Program-made: the position numbers and the translations under genes
Notes under the pieces: generated by a model
Told to the model about the DNA's origin: nothing
Database searches by the model: none
Seen by the model: the letters and a program-made list of their open reading frames with translations, nothing else
Assembly (NCBI GenBank): GCA_965208325.1
Contig: OZ242326.1
Coordinates: forward strand, 2,464,001 to 2,528,000
Reading direction: 5' to 3'
Source of the DNA: Candidatus Poribacteria bacterium
GTDB taxonomy: Bacteria; Poribacteria; WGA-4E; PCPOR2b
Length of the DNA: 64,000 bases
Part shown: piece after piece, positions 28,580-39,615 of the stretch
How positions within the stretch are numbered: position 1 is the stretch's first letter
Layout of the letters: each line of letters opens with the position of its first letter

Positions 28580-29158
28580 ATGGCGCAGGAACTACAACGC
28601 AAGGGCATTCACCTGATTGGACTAATCGTCCCTATTGTCTATTCCTTCACCGAACAACGTACAATAATCGGCATTGTCGGCATTCTTACTCTCATTGCGC
28701 TGCTGATTGAGCTGTTGAAATGGCTGTCGCCGTCGTTTCTCGATTTATTCGTCCGGATATTTTCCCCAATGTTACGCCCTCAAGAACGAAAAGGAGGGAT
28801 TACCGGCGCGACATACTACCTTATTGGCTCGTTTGTTTGCGTATTTGTTTTCGATAAAACGCTTGCTATCGTTTGCATCTGTTTTCTCATTTTAGGGGAT
28901 TTGTTTGCAGCCATAATCGGCAAACAATGGGGACGAACGAAGCTTATTTCGCAAAAAAGCTTAGAGGGTAGTCTCGCGTGTTTCGCGGTGTGCGCATTGA
29001 TTGCACTATTGATGAAAATCCATCCGATTATTGCGCTCACTGGAGCTGCCGTGGCGACACTGATTGAACTCTTCCCGCTTGGATTGGATGATAATGTGGC
29101 AATGCCGTTAATCTCGGGCGTCGTGATGCACCTGATGATTAACAATTGGCAGTTTTAA
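28580..29158 (+). CDS. Polyprenol/phytol kinase-like (CTP_transf_1 superfamily) membrane protein
   Basis: RKGIH, GDLFAAIIGK.WG, KSLEGS, DDN. Confidence 0.85.
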   Translation: MAQELQRKGIHLIGLIVPIVYSFTEQRTIIGIVGILTLIALLIELLKWLSPSFLDLFVRIFSPMLRPQERKGGITGATYYLIGSFVCVFVFDKTLAIVCICFLILGDLFAAIIGKQWGRTKLISQKSLEGSLACFAVCALIALLMKIHPIIALTGAAVATLIELFPLGLDDNVAMPLISGVVMHLMINNWQF

Positions 29159-29458
29159 ATTCCGCCCACACTTGTCCTCACTCCGCGCTTCGCTTCCTCC
29201 CCTGTTGCGTTTCCTCCGTTTTCCTCAACCGTTGACCGGACTCGCGCATTCACCGGCTTGGCAGAATACTAGCGAATGAATTCCCCAAACAACAAATGAA
29301 GCCGCCGATTCGGACCGGTTGGGATAATCCGTCCTACCATTTCGAAATTCTGTTTTCAATTACGGCTGTGCTATGTTAAAATGTAGCTGTTCATCTCCCG
29401 CAGGGAAATCCCAACCCAAGCTGCATACCCGCATTTTCGTGACGCCGCACTGTTCTTC

Positions 29459-30577
29459 ATGGCAAAAATCGATCTTGAACATATCACAAAACGCTTTGGC
29501 AACGTCGTTGCCGTCAATGATTTAACCGTCGAAATCCATGATGGGGAATTTTTCTTTTTACTGGGACCTTCCGGGTGCGGCAAGACAACAACACTTAGAG
29601 TAATTGCCGGACTGGATCGTTCGGATGAAGGCGCTATTTTCATTGATGGGAGACAGGTAAATCATCTGCAGCCAGCGGATCGAGACATCGCTTTTGTATT
29701 TCAATTTTACGCGCTTTATCCACACCTGACCGCCTATGATAACATCGCATTCCCGCTCAAAGCGGTAAATGTGCCCAAACCTGAAATTCAGAGCAGGGTA
29801 GGAGAGGTCGCATTGACCTTGCAAATTGAGCACCTTCTAAACCGGAAGCCGGGAAATTTGAGCGGCGGCGAAATGCAGCGAGTCGCACTTGGCAGAGCGA
29901 TGGTACGCCGTCCGAGAGCGTTTTTGATGGATGAACCCATGGCAAACCTTGATGCGAAGCTTCGGGTCGACACGCGTTCAGAACTCAAGCACCTACAGCG
30001 TGAAATCGGAACAACGACGGTCTTCGTCACTCACGATCAGGTCGAAGCCATGTCAATGGCAGATCGAATCGCCGTCATGCACGAGGGCGTGTTACAACAG
30101 CTTGGCGCTCCACAGGAAGTTTACAACCAGCCGAAAAGCCTGTTTGTCGCTGAATTCATGGGAAGCCCATCAATGAATTTGATTGATGGAGAGATTCAAT
30201 CGCAAGCCGGAGAATTTATCTTGCAATTAACACACACCGATATCGGATTACCGATATCCGGCAAACAGATGGCGCGAGTTCAACGTCAAGCCGCAAACAA
30301 CAAACTGGTTTTCGGTGTCCGTCCTGAACACATTGTTGTATCCAAAGAGCCAATCAATGGAAGAATTCAGGCATCGGTACATCTTGTAGAATCCCTAGGG
30401 TCAGCCAATATTGTTGATACTTTCCTCGGTGAGAATTCAGAAACGGGCAATTTGATAATATTTAGAGCACGCACTCATCCCGCATTTCAAGTAGAAACCG
30501 GACAATCTGTTTGGCTGGATTTTGACGAGCAACACACCCACCTATTCGACCGGTATACAGGAAAAGCTATCCGCTGA
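29459..30577 (+). CDS. Sugar ABC transporter ATP-binding subunit (MalK/UgpC-like)
   Basis: GPSGCGKTT, VFQFYALYPH, LSGGEMQR, MDEP, VTHDQ. Confidence 0.93.
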   Translation: MAKIDLEHITKRFGNVVAVNDLTVEIHDGEFFFLLGPSGCGKTTTLRVIAGLDRSDEGAIFIDGRQVNHLQPADRDIAFVFQFYALYPHLTAYDNIAFPLKAVNVPKPEIQSRVGEVALTLQIEHLLNRKPGNLSGGEMQRVALGRAMVRRPRAFLMDEPMANLDAKLRVDTRSELKHLQREIGTTTVFVTHDQVEAMSMADRIAVMHEGVLQQLGAPQEVYNQPKSLFVAEFMGSPSMNLIDGEIQSQAGEFILQLTHTDIGLPISGKQMARVQRQAANNKLVFGVRPEHIVVSKEPINGRIQASVHLVESLGSANIVDTFLGENSETGNLIIFRARTHPAFQVETGQSVWLDFDEQHTHLFDRYTGKAIR

Positions 30578-30714
30578 TTGCCGCTAGGGTATTCGATAGG
30601 CGTGCATGAAAAATGCTCGTTACGATTGAATTTTAACGCTAAATTATTTCGTAGTAGCCGGGGCGTGTTAGAGGATTGCGGACAGATATGGGGGAAACAA
30701 AAGGGATACAAAAA

Positions 30715-31536
30715 ATGGAAAGAATTCCATGTTGTTTAGTAGCTGTGGATCTGGACGGAACGCTACTAAACGACGATTTCATTATTTCCGAGCGGAACTG
30801 TAGAGCACTTCGGGCTTTAACGGCGCAAGGAGTTATCGTGGTGCTTGTCTCAGGTAGGATGCACCAATCAATCTTGCCAATCAGTAATCAGATTGGGTTA
30901 GAGAATCCGATTATTTCATACAACGGCGGGATGGTTAAACATGCCACAACTGAAAAGGTTCTTCATCACAGCCCTATTCCTGCGAAAATTGCAACTGAAC
31001 TTGTTGAATATTGCGATACGCGGCGGTTGCATTTCAATTTTTGCTTAAACGATAGGTTGTATGTTAAAACGCGCAATCAGTGGAGTCAACTCTACGAGGA
31101 AAGAACGGGGGTGGCGGCTACGGTTCTTGGCAATATCCATCAATTGTACGGGGAAACCCCCACCAAGATGCAGGTAATAGATACACCAGAAAGAATTAAA
31201 CGCCTTCGGAATGAATTTGAAGAACGCTTTGGAGAACGTCTGTACGTTACACGAACACAAGTTGAATATATTGAGTTTATGAATCCTCATGTGTCAAAGG
31301 GACGGGCATTAAAAACACTTGCGGCTCAAATCAATGTCCCCATGAAACTCGTTGTTGCTATCGGCGATGGCTACAACGATGAAAGCATGATGAAGGCCGC
31401 GGGATTTCGTATTGCGATGGGCAATTCTGTGGACGAGATAAAAGCGTGCGCGGACTACATTACAGAAACTAATCAAAACGACGGCGTCGCGAAGGCGGTT
31501 GAACAACTCCTACTACCCGAGGCAGTTAGAACATAA
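30715..31536 (+). CDS. Cof-type HAD-IIB hydrolase
   Basis: DLDGTLL, SGR, NGG, SKG, GDGYND, NDGVA. Confidence 0.92.
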   Translation: MERIPCCLVAVDLDGTLLNDDFIISERNCRALRALTAQGVIVVLVSGRMHQSILPISNQIGLENPIISYNGGMVKHATTEKVLHHSPIPAKIATELVEYCDTRRLHFNFCLNDRLYVKTRNQWSQLYEERTGVAATVLGNIHQLYGETPTKMQVIDTPERIKRLRNEFEERFGERLYVTRTQVEYIEFMNPHVSKGRALKTLAAQINVPMKLVVAIGDGYNDESMMKAAGFRIAMGNSVDEIKACADYITETNQNDGVAKAVEQLLLPEAVRT

Positions 31537-31552
31537 TTCAACTTGTCCATAC

Positions 31553-31828
31553 TCATGCTTGTAGAGGGCGGCGAACTTTTAAACTGGAGACCGGAATATT
31601 TGCAACGAGCGCCATCGACTGCCCCTCCCGTTGCATCTCCATCTCAATTCCGTCTTGTTCAAGTTCAAAATATCTTGACAATAGCGCTGTCATGTCCGTC
31701 TGCAAGGCTTGCATAAGTTGTTCATCAATGCCAATCCGATCTTGAACCAAGATTAATTGTAGGCGGCTCTTGGCAACATCTTTGCTTTTCTGGTTTCGAC
31801 GCAATAGTCTCACCAATTGCTTAAGCAT
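31553..31828 (-). CDS. minE: Cell division topological specificity factor MinE
   Basis: SKDVAKSRLQLILVQDR...LVANIPV; follows minD. Confidence 0.92.
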   Translation of the reverse strand: MLKQLVRLLRRNQKSKDVAKSRLQLILVQDRIGIDEQLMQALQTDMTALLSRYFELEQDGIEMEMQREGQSMALVANIPVSSLKVRRPLQA

Positions 31829-31848
31829 ACCTTATACCCCTTTTGAAC

Positions 31849-32640
31849 TCACTTGAACGAATTGAATTTGAACAAGTTTCCCAACCAACTACCGGGTTTA
31901 AACTCTGGAATCGGTATGTCTTCTCCGTCGATCCGCCGCGCAATGCGCCTGTAGGCTTGTCCGGCGGACGATTGGTGGTTGTAGGTCGTGGGTAATCCTC
32001 GGTTGGTCGAGATGACAATTTCTTTATCCTCCGGAACGACGCCAATGAAATTAATTGATAAAATATCAATTATGTCATCCGGATTCATCATATCACCCGA
32101 TTCGACCATTTTAGGCGCAAGGCGGTTGATAATCAACCCCATGTCATCTATTTCCATGTTCATCAACAATCCGATGATTCGATCGGCATCTCTGACTGAC
32201 GCAACTTCCGGTGTTGTTACGATAATTGCTACATCAGCACCTGCTGCCGCGTTGCGAAACCCCTGTTCAATCCCGGCAGGCGAATCAACAAGAACATAAT
32301 CGTACTCTTCTTTCAACTCAAGACAAATCTTTTTCATCTGTTCGGGTTGAATGTCATTTTTATTATTCTTCTGAGAAGCAGCTAGGAGGTGTAAATCCTT
32401 CGTGCGCCTATCCTTGACAAGCGCTTTGTCGAGATCGCAAGTACCCTCAATCACATCCATTGAGGTGTAAACCACACGGCTTTCCAATCCCATAATGACA
32501 TCGAGGTTTCTTAACCCAATGTCCGCATCAACAACAACGACCCTTTGGTTCAGTAAGGCCAAAGCAGTTCCTAGATTTGCTGTGGAAGTACTTTTGCCAA
32601 CCCCACCTTTGCCGGAGGTAACCACAATTACTTTCCCCAT
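31849..32640 (-). CDS. minD: Septum site-determining ATPase MinD
   Basis: SGKGGVGKST, DIGLRNLD, DSPAGIEQGF. Confidence 0.96.
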   Translation of the reverse strand: MGKVIVVTSGKGGVGKSTSTANLGTALALLNQRVVVVDADIGLRNLDVIMGLESRVVYTSMDVIEGTCDLDKALVKDRRTKDLHLLAASQKNNKNDIQPEQMKKICLELKEEYDYVLVDSPAGIEQGFRNAAAGADVAIIVTTPEVASVRDADRIIGLLMNMEIDDMGLIINRLAPKMVESGDMMNPDDIIDILSINFIGVVPEDKEIVISTNRGLPTTYNHQSSAGQAYRRIARRIDGEDIPIPEFKPGSWLGNLFKFNSFK

Positions 32641-32727
32641 GGGTTTTACCATCCTTTCATTCAATTATTCTCATTAGTTGCTCGAGGAAATTAAATTCCA
32701 CCTAAAAATTGGATGTATTCATGCAGA

Positions 32728-33471
32728 TTACAGTCCACTGTAATCCTCAACGATGATGGCCTTTTCGCGAATCCGGGCAATTTCCACTTTCTGACGCGAC
32801 GCTTGCCGTCCACTCGGCGGGCGTGTAATGAATTGCCCAATTCTTAATTGGGTCGGTACCAGATTTAAAGCGATTATTACCGATGAGGTGTCACCGAGCG
32901 CTCCCGCATGAGCAACACCGCGCAATACTCCAAGCACGATGATGTCGCCAGTCGCTATCACTTCCGCTCCGGGGTTTACATCGCCTAAAACAATCATGTT
33001 CCCCTCTAAGAAGCGTTCAACCTGCCCGGATCGCAAGGTGTGCCGGATATACCGAACTTCCTCTATTTTCGGCAAAAAGTTATTCTTGATGACATTTTCT
33101 TCGCGATGGAGCGCAGGGGCGCCCCTAATCTTTCGATTCGGCGTCGGTTCATTTGCCCAATCTGCGACTGTCTCATGTATCTCATTGTCCGCCGGTTCAT
33201 TTTCACGGCCCATTCCATCCAAAAGCCGTTCAACTTCTAAGCCGTAGGTCTCATGCAGCAGCATTTTGACGCGATTCATCTCTTCATCACTCAGGGTTTC
33301 GTTTCGAATATCAATGTTCATCGTTGTTCCAGCAAGGGAATACCCCAAGTTTGCCATCCGCTTCTTTATCGCGAGTTCTACCTGCTCTATAGATGCATCT
33401 GGTGCAATGATTAACCGTAAGCTGTCACGAAATCCTTTTAGTTCGACAATTGGGTGTGACACGTTCTTCAC
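32728..33471 (-). CDS. minC: Septum site-determining protein MinC
   Basis: LRSGQ, GDVNPGAEVIATGDIIVLGVLRGVAHAG; start set at GTG after GGGAG. Confidence 0.92.
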   Translation of the reverse strand: MKNVSHPIVELKGFRDSLRLIIAPDASIEQVELAIKKRMANLGYSLAGTTMNIDIRNETLSDEEMNRVKMLLHETYGLEVERLLDGMGRENEPADNEIHETVADWANEPTPNRKIRGAPALHREENVIKNNFLPKIEEVRYIRHTLRSGQVERFLEGNMIVLGDVNPGAEVIATGDIIVLGVLRGVAHAGALGDTSSVIIALNLVPTQLRIGQFITRPPSGRQASRQKVEIARIREKAIIVEDYSGL

Positions 33472-33531
33472 TGGTAGTCTCCCTGTGCAAAATATCGCCA
33501 ATTAACGGGGTAAGGTATACTTACGCCCTAT

Positions 33532-34812
33532 TTAAGACATCTTTTCAACTGTTGCCAAAACGTAGGGACCGTCGGGTATCGCCGCAATTTTCGCGTCCGA
33601 CCCGTGTTTTGAAAGTACGAGTTCAATTCCTTCTTCAAGGGTTGCTACCGGACGCACAAAGAGGTTTTCCATTTGATTGTGTGGAATACCGCCGGCATAA
33701 CAATAAATTGCAGCTTTTCTTACGGCCTTTGCCAGTTCTTCAAGCTGCCACTGATCGATGATAAAGTTCGCCGAGTTGAAAATACCTTGAACAAACTGTT
33801 CAAGGTCCTGGGTTTTCAGGATGAGGTCCGTAAAGGATTCACTACCGATACCCTGACTGCATTCAGCCACAAGAATTATGCTTCCATCGGGCTTGACAAT
33901 CTCCGCGGCAGCCAACACGCCCTTAATCCCTTGATAAAATGTCGCGTCTAGTGGATAACCGGCACCCGACACGACTACCGCGTCTACTGGACGCGGCAGC
34001 GTAGCTTTCACATTTGTCTCAACGAATTTGGCACCGGCTAGGTGTGCTTCAACCAAATCGCCGGCAAATACGCCGGTTAACCTTCGCCGACTATCAATCG
34101 CTGCATTGACACTGAAATCGACACCCGCCATCAGGGCAATTTCTGTGGCTTCGATATGAAATGGATTGTCCTCCAACACGCCAACGGATGCTTTTGGATG
34201 CTCAAGGATTTTCGGACCGTGCATAGTTTTGATCGTTTCGACCGAAACTAAACCTGGACAGACCGCCTTGCGTCCACCAGAATATCCTGCCATCAAATGC
34301 GGTTCAATCAGAGAGGTTGTAATCTTGAGATCGGATTCCAAATAGGTTTTATCAATATGAACGGGTGTGCCATTCCGTGTTAAACCGAGGTATTTGTGTG
34401 TTTGGGGTTCTTGAGCAAGATGATTAACAATCCGGTAGGTATTTAAGATATCGCACCCAACCATCTCCTCCAGCTCTTTCCCTTCATTGGGGCGATGAAT
34501 TCCCGTAGCAATTAAAATTGTAATTTTTTCACGCGGGATGCGTTGTAGTTCCAAAGTTTGCAGGATAGGCGGAAGAATCAATTGATTGGGAACCGGGCGT
34601 GTCACATCCGAAATAACCACACAAGCGGAGGTGCGATTCGCCGCTAATTCGCTCAATGGCGCTGAATCAATCGGCGACTCAAGCGCTTCCCAAATTGATT
34701 GTTCTGCATCGGCAAGCGGTACGGACTGTTGGACAGTTAAAACCCCTGCCAAATTTTGGTCAGGAATTTCAACTTGCAAAGTTCCTCGACCATATCTCAT
34801 GCCGACTCGCAC
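33532..34812 (-). CDS. larA: Nickel-pincer-dependent lactate racemase family protein
   Basis: SDVTRPVPN, ATGIHR, EPHLMAGYSGGRKAVCPG, DATFYQGIK, AECSQGIG. Confidence 0.88.
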   Translation of the reverse strand: MRVGMRYGRGTLQVEIPDQNLAGVLTVQQSVPLADAEQSIWEALESPIDSAPLSELAANRTSACVVISDVTRPVPNQLILPPILQTLELQRIPREKITILIATGIHRPNEGKELEEMVGCDILNTYRIVNHLAQEPQTHKYLGLTRNGTPVHIDKTYLESDLKITTSLIEPHLMAGYSGGRKAVCPGLVSVETIKTMHGPKILEHPKASVGVLEDNPFHIEATEIALMAGVDFSVNAAIDSRRRLTGVFAGDLVEAHLAGAKFVETNVKATLPRPVDAVVVSGAGYPLDATFYQGIKGVLAAAEIVKPDGSIILVAECSQGIGSESFTDLILKTQDLEQFVQGIFNSANFIIDQWQLEELAKAVRKAAIYCYAGGIPHNQMENLFVRPVATLEEGIELVLSKHGSDAKIAAIPDGPYVLATVEKMS

Positions 34813-35515
34813 TGGTAAAATCCTCAATTCTGCTTGAAAAACATAATGCCGTTACAAACCGGATTGGCGTATCGCGCTAGTCATTTTGAGAAATATATAT
34901 TTTCACTATAACGTAACATAACGCTTAGAGTTTTCAATTGGATTCAAAAAAAACTGGAATTTAATTAGAAAAACACAAATTAATTCCGAATTGAGCTATT
35001 GTTAGTAAGTCCTTTGGCATATTTTCGATTTTCGGTTGGGCACAATTCGATTTTTCAGCATCAACCGTCGTAGGCGGGGCATCTTGCACCGCATCACTCT
35101 CATCGTACAACTGCGTTAGTCCTAACAATTTTTATTTTGGAACGTTCGCCGCAACAGTTGCATTTTCACATTTCAGAAAGATAGCTTAACACATCCTCAA
35201 TATATTTGCAAGTTACAGGCGTGAGTACCTAGATTGAACCCTGTTTAGAACCGTAATCGGCGGCTCTGCCAACCGCGTGTTCAAACTGTCCGCGCAATTT
35301 CGTTTATGGATGATGACCCAAATGACTCAACGCTTTTCAATTCCATCAATCCTCGACTTTCCAACGACGAAGCGTAATGATGAATTTAAAAATGCCTTGA
35401 CAAAACAAGGTAGAATCGGCAAAAATGCAGTATGATACAATTTCATCTGCGCCAATGTTGAAAACCGTTAACACGAATACCGGTTTAAGAATCGCTTGGA
35501 CGGAGTTGGCAAAAC

Positions 35516-36016
35516 ATGTTTCCCTTGGAAACCGCCAACTACTGGGTGCAAGAGTTTAAATTCAATCGCGGCGAAGGTAGTCGTTTAATACCAACCCCAA
35601 AGGGGAAGACAATCTTAGGGAGAAACGAAACCGTGCAACAGGTAGTTGTTACCACTAAACCGAACGGCGCTGGGCGCAGTTGGTTGGAGGTGGGTAATTT
35701 TGAGACTGATCAATTCAACCGTAAACAGTGGGTAAAACGAAACGTGCCGTATCAGGATCGGCGTTTGAAAACCGATCGTCGATACTCGGATCGGGGCGAA
35801 ACGGTTGATTGGATTATACTCATTCCCGACGATTATCCGATGTCGCTGGTTAAGGTGAATTATGATCGATTAAACCCTAGAAACGTAGAAGTTCTCTGGG
35901 AACCGGCCAGTACATCAGATGTAGACCGGGAAACAAAGGTAAAACGTGCTCTTGAGCTGGCGGCTGGGAATGAAGAGTTGGAAAACTTACTGAAGGAATT
36001 GCTTGCCGCGCAATGA
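35516..36016 (+). CDS. Hypothetical protein
   Basis: 166-aa ORF with GGAG RBS; no recognisable motif. Confidence 0.55.
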   Translation: MFPLETANYWVQEFKFNRGEGSRLIPTPKGKTILGRNETVQQVVVTTKPNGAGRSWLEVGNFETDQFNRKQWVKRNVPYQDRRLKTDRRYSDRGETVDWIILIPDDYPMSLVKVNYDRLNPRNVEVLWEPASTSDVDRETKVKRALELAAGNEELENLLKELLAAQ

Positions 36017-36227
36017 CAAGCCCGTAACCGGAGAGCGGATGCAATTCGACAACAGCGAGGTACACGTTCAACAACTCTTGTATTAACGGCTCGGGAAACA
36101 TCAGTAAATTTCTCCCGCACCCCCCTAGCGCGGCAGATGGCGGAAATTTCAATCTTCACGGAGTTCCCGATGTCCACGTTTCAATGCAACGGCATCAATC
36201 CATTTTACGATTTCGCAAGGAGTACAT

Positions 36228-37280
36228 ATGAATGACATTGTGACCCGGGAGGAACTTTGTCGAAGTATTGCGCTGGTTCCTCAAGTAGACATTGGTCACT
36301 TCCCAACACCCCTAGAAGAATGTCCCCGCTTATCCGAAGCATTGGGCGGGCCTCGCATTTTTATGAAAAGGGAAGATTGTTCAGGGCTGGCATTCGGTGG
36401 GAACAAGGTCCGACAGTTGACTTTCACAATTGGCGAAGCAGTCCATCGCGGTGCAGATACCATCGTTCACGGTGCAGCGTCACAATCGAACCACTGCCGC
36501 CAAACTGCCGCTGCCGCCGCTCGATTGGGATTGAAGTGTTACCTGCGGTTGTCACGAGGGCAGAAAAGCACTCTGCAAGGAAATCTACTCTTGGATTACC
36601 TCGCTGGCGCAGACGTTGAACTCGTCGATCCCCCTATTGGCCCTGAATTGGATGCGATCAAATACGCCACGGCGCAGCAACTGGAAGCAGCGGGTCTCAA
36701 GCCATACGTCATTGCACACCCCCGATCGACTGCCCTAGCGTCTGTGGCTTTTGCGTGGTGCGTCACTGAAATCCATGCGCAACAGCAGCAATTAGGAATT
36801 GAGGCAGACTGGATTTATGCAGGATCAACCGGCGGAACCCAAGCGGGGTTAATCCTCGGATCAAAAGCGTTAGGAATGAAATTGAAACCCGTGGGAATCA
36901 CTCCGATTCGTTGGGATGATCGGGTCGAGCGAATCCGAAATGCCGCAAATGACGCGGCGAAGATTCTAAATTTAAACCTTCAAATCGCTGATGATGAGGT
37001 AGAAAACTCAGGCGATTACGTCGGGGAGGCATACGGCGTAGTCTCCTCCGAATGCATTGACGCCTTGAAATTGGCCGCGCGGACCGAGGGCATCTTTCTG
37101 GATCCGGTGTACACCAGCAAAGCCCTGGCCGGCTTAATTGACCATGTTAGGAAAGGCAAGATTACTTCCGATGAAACGGTGATTTTCTTGCACACCGGGG
37201 GAACTCCGGCACTATTTGCGTATAATGAAGAGCTATTTGCTACAGATAAACGAGGCAGCCTAATCGAGCTATGGGATTGA
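36228..37280 (+). CDS. D-cysteine desulfhydrase / ACC deaminase family PLP enzyme
   Basis: KREDCSGLAFGGNKVRQL, QSNHCR, LDPVYTSKA, FLHTGG. Confidence 0.9.
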   Translation: MNDIVTREELCRSIALVPQVDIGHFPTPLEECPRLSEALGGPRIFMKREDCSGLAFGGNKVRQLTFTIGEAVHRGADTIVHGAASQSNHCRQTAAAAARLGLKCYLRLSRGQKSTLQGNLLLDYLAGADVELVDPPIGPELDAIKYATAQQLEAAGLKPYVIAHPRSTALASVAFAWCVTEIHAQQQQLGIEADWIYAGSTGGTQAGLILGSKALGMKLKPVGITPIRWDDRVERIRNAANDAAKILNLNLQIADDEVENSGDYVGEAYGVVSSECIDALKLAARTEGIFLDPVYTSKALAGLIDHVRKGKITSDETVIFLHTGGTPALFAYNEELFATDKRGSLIELWD

Positions 37281-37370
37281 AAATTGGGGAAACACATACT
37301 CGGAAAATCCAGTTAGAGGATGGCGCTATGCTGCGCACGGAGTTCTCGTTTGACACTGGAATAGGAAAAA

Positions 37371-38153
37371 ATGGATTTCACCGTACGTCCCATAACGCCA
37401 GATGAGATTGACCGTGTCCCACTGCGTTGTTGGCCGGATCGCGATGCGTTAGCAAAACTCTTCATATCGCAAGAAACTATCGGCATGGCTGCATGGGACG
37501 GGAATCGGTGTATCGCACAGCTTCACTGCTACCGGATTGATTGCCCCGACGATCTCGTCTCCAACTGGCCCAGATGGAATCGGCCGTGGTGGACGGAGAG
37601 TGTTCAGAAAAGTGAAGTCCATCTACAGCTCCCCGCTTGGTGCCATGCATGTTTCCATGTGGGACGAACACTGCAGACCGCCCAAGAAGAGGTTTTGGAA
37701 TTGGTCCATCGGTTTGCTCAACAGTCCGAATGGGATGTCGATCGGATCCATGAAAAACTCAACTTGTTCGACGCCGTCTATCTGAGCCGGAAGGAGGTGG
37801 AAAACGCGGTCCACGAATTGTTCATTTCAAAACGCGATGGTTTCGACACGGAAGCGCCAGAGTATCGCGGTCGTGGAATTGGCACGGCGATGTGCCAAGA
37901 ATCTATCAGATGGGCAACAAACCACGGCTGTGCGGTTGTTGTCGGCTCGGGAGTTCCCAGCGGTATCCCGGTAGCCGCTAATCATGAAGGGGCGCTGCCT
38001 TGGACTACCTATGCGCGACTCGGCTTCCGCAACAAACTCCTGCAACTTATAGTGGACGACCATGCCCCCATTCGCCAGGCTAAGGAAAGAGCTTTAAAGT
38101 CAGGCCGGTCGCAGGAGGATGTCTGCCACCGAATGATGGTATTTGATGTATAA
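37371..38153 (+). CDS. GNAT-family acetyltransferase with internal insertion
   Basis: CFHVG...PEYRGRGIGTAM acetyl-CoA motif, YARLGF. Confidence 0.65.
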   Translation: MDFTVRPITPDEIDRVPLRCWPDRDALAKLFISQETIGMAAWDGNRCIAQLHCYRIDCPDDLVSNWPRWNRPWWTESVQKSEVHLQLPAWCHACFHVGRTLQTAQEEVLELVHRFAQQSEWDVDRIHEKLNLFDAVYLSRKEVENAVHELFISKRDGFDTEAPEYRGRGIGTAMCQESIRWATNHGCAVVVGSGVPSGIPVAANHEGALPWTTYARLGFRNKLLQLIVDDHAPIRQAKERALKSGRSQEDVCHRMMVFDV

Positions 38154-38258
38154 GCATCGCGAAGCATGATTGTGAATACAAACAAATTCAAATCTCTTCA
38201 TTTTCGATTGTTTATGAATTGATCCATTCATCTTCCGATTCTCGCAAATAAACCGTTC

Positions 38259-39338
38259 TCATTGTTGAATCTGATACCGCCGGGCGTCTGCGGCTTCGAC
38301 TACATCGCCGCTTAGAGAGACATCCAACTTCTCTGCCCAGTCCTGTATCTGCCGATAGATGGTGTCCGGCACTTCAACTCCGTGAGCTAGACGCTCAACC
38401 CGCGAATTGTATTCAAAATCTCCAGGCACCAATACTTCATCAAAGCCGCGTGCCGGCGGCGTTTTCTTGATGTCGTCTAGAAACCCGCGAACACGCTGCT
38501 GGTAGGCCTCCAACGGAGCAAAAGCGCGGGGATCAAATACTTGCATAAACGTACCGCCCATTGCTCCCCGCTCAGCGTTGAAGCCTTCAGACAATCCTCC
38601 AAGCAGGCAAATTAGGAGCGAGAGCGCGTAGCCCTTATGTCCGCCGAACGGCAGTAGGAATCCGCCGTCGTAATAATCCTCCGTTTTGACGCTTGGGTTG
38701 CCATGTTTATCAATAATGCAACCCTCCGGAAGTTCGGAATTTTTGCTTTTGGCGACCATGATTTTGCCCCCGGCAATCTTCGCGGTGGCGAAATCAATGA
38801 CGAAGGGAACTTCATCACCCGTGGGAACCCCAACCGCAATCGGGTTGGTTCCCAACATGCCGCTTGCGCCGCCAAAAGGCACAATCTTTTTGCCTACCCG
38901 CTCGCCTCTGCCATAGGTAATGATACCGATGCATCCCGAATGTGCCGCAATTTCTACATATTCCCCCAACCGCCCGATATGTCCGGTACCTACGAAACTC
39001 ACACAACAGACACCGGTTTCTCTTGCTTTCTCAATTGCCAGCTTCGTTGCTTTTCTGGCAGTGTAGTGTCCAAAACCCCACTGCCCATCAATAAATAGGG
39101 TGTTGGCGGTCTCTTTGACTACTTTTGGTTCCGCACTGGGATGGATTATGCCTTTTGAAATATCGGACAAATAGTGGGGCACACGGAGCACACCGTGTGA
39201 GTCATGTCCTGAAAGGTTGGCGTTGACCAGAACCTCTGCCACGACCTCAGCAACGTGACGCAGCGTGCCTGCTGCCGTCAACAATCGCCGGGTAATCGCG
39301 TGAAGATAGCTGGCTTGAAAGCAATGATTTTTTTCCAC
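38259..39338 (-). CDS. Ldh_2 (malate/L-lactate/sulfolactate dehydrogenase-like) oxidoreductase, paralogue 2
   Basis: GHDSHG, HIGRLGEY, GTNPIA, IDFAT, PFGGHKGY; start at GTG 39338 by alignment to neighbour (both 359 aa). Confidence 0.9.
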   Translation of the reverse strand: MEKNHCFQASYLHAITRRLLTAAGTLRHVAEVVAEVLVNANLSGHDSHGVLRVPHYLSDISKGIIHPSAEPKVVKETANTLFIDGQWGFGHYTARKATKLAIEKARETGVCCVSFVGTGHIGRLGEYVEIAAHSGCIGIITYGRGERVGKKIVPFGGASGMLGTNPIAVGVPTGDEVPFVIDFATAKIAGGKIMVAKSKNSELPEGCIIDKHGNPSVKTEDYYDGGFLLPFGGHKGYALSLLICLLGGLSEGFNAERGAMGGTFMQVFDPRAFAPLEAYQQRVRGFLDDIKKTPPARGFDEVLVPGDFEYNSRVERLAHGVEVPDTIYRQIQDWAEKLDVSLSGDVVEAADARRYQIQQ

Positions 39339-39615
39339 AGCTTCCGCTCCTACTCTGACCGAGCATTTCTGCCGCAAAACGGGTAGCTAACGCGCAATTA
39401 TAGAGGCATTAACAGTGGTAGGTAGTATGAAATCCGCTTGATAATTAAGTACCCATTAGCCTAGGATGATTTGAGTTTCGCGCAGCAAATCGACTCGCAC
39501 AGCGGAGTAGGAACGGACTTTACGAACATCATGCTGGATTTACACTAGAAACAAGGAATAATGCCCAATCTGTAGTGAAATTTACACTATGCGCGTTACA
39601 AGTTGCCTATCACGT

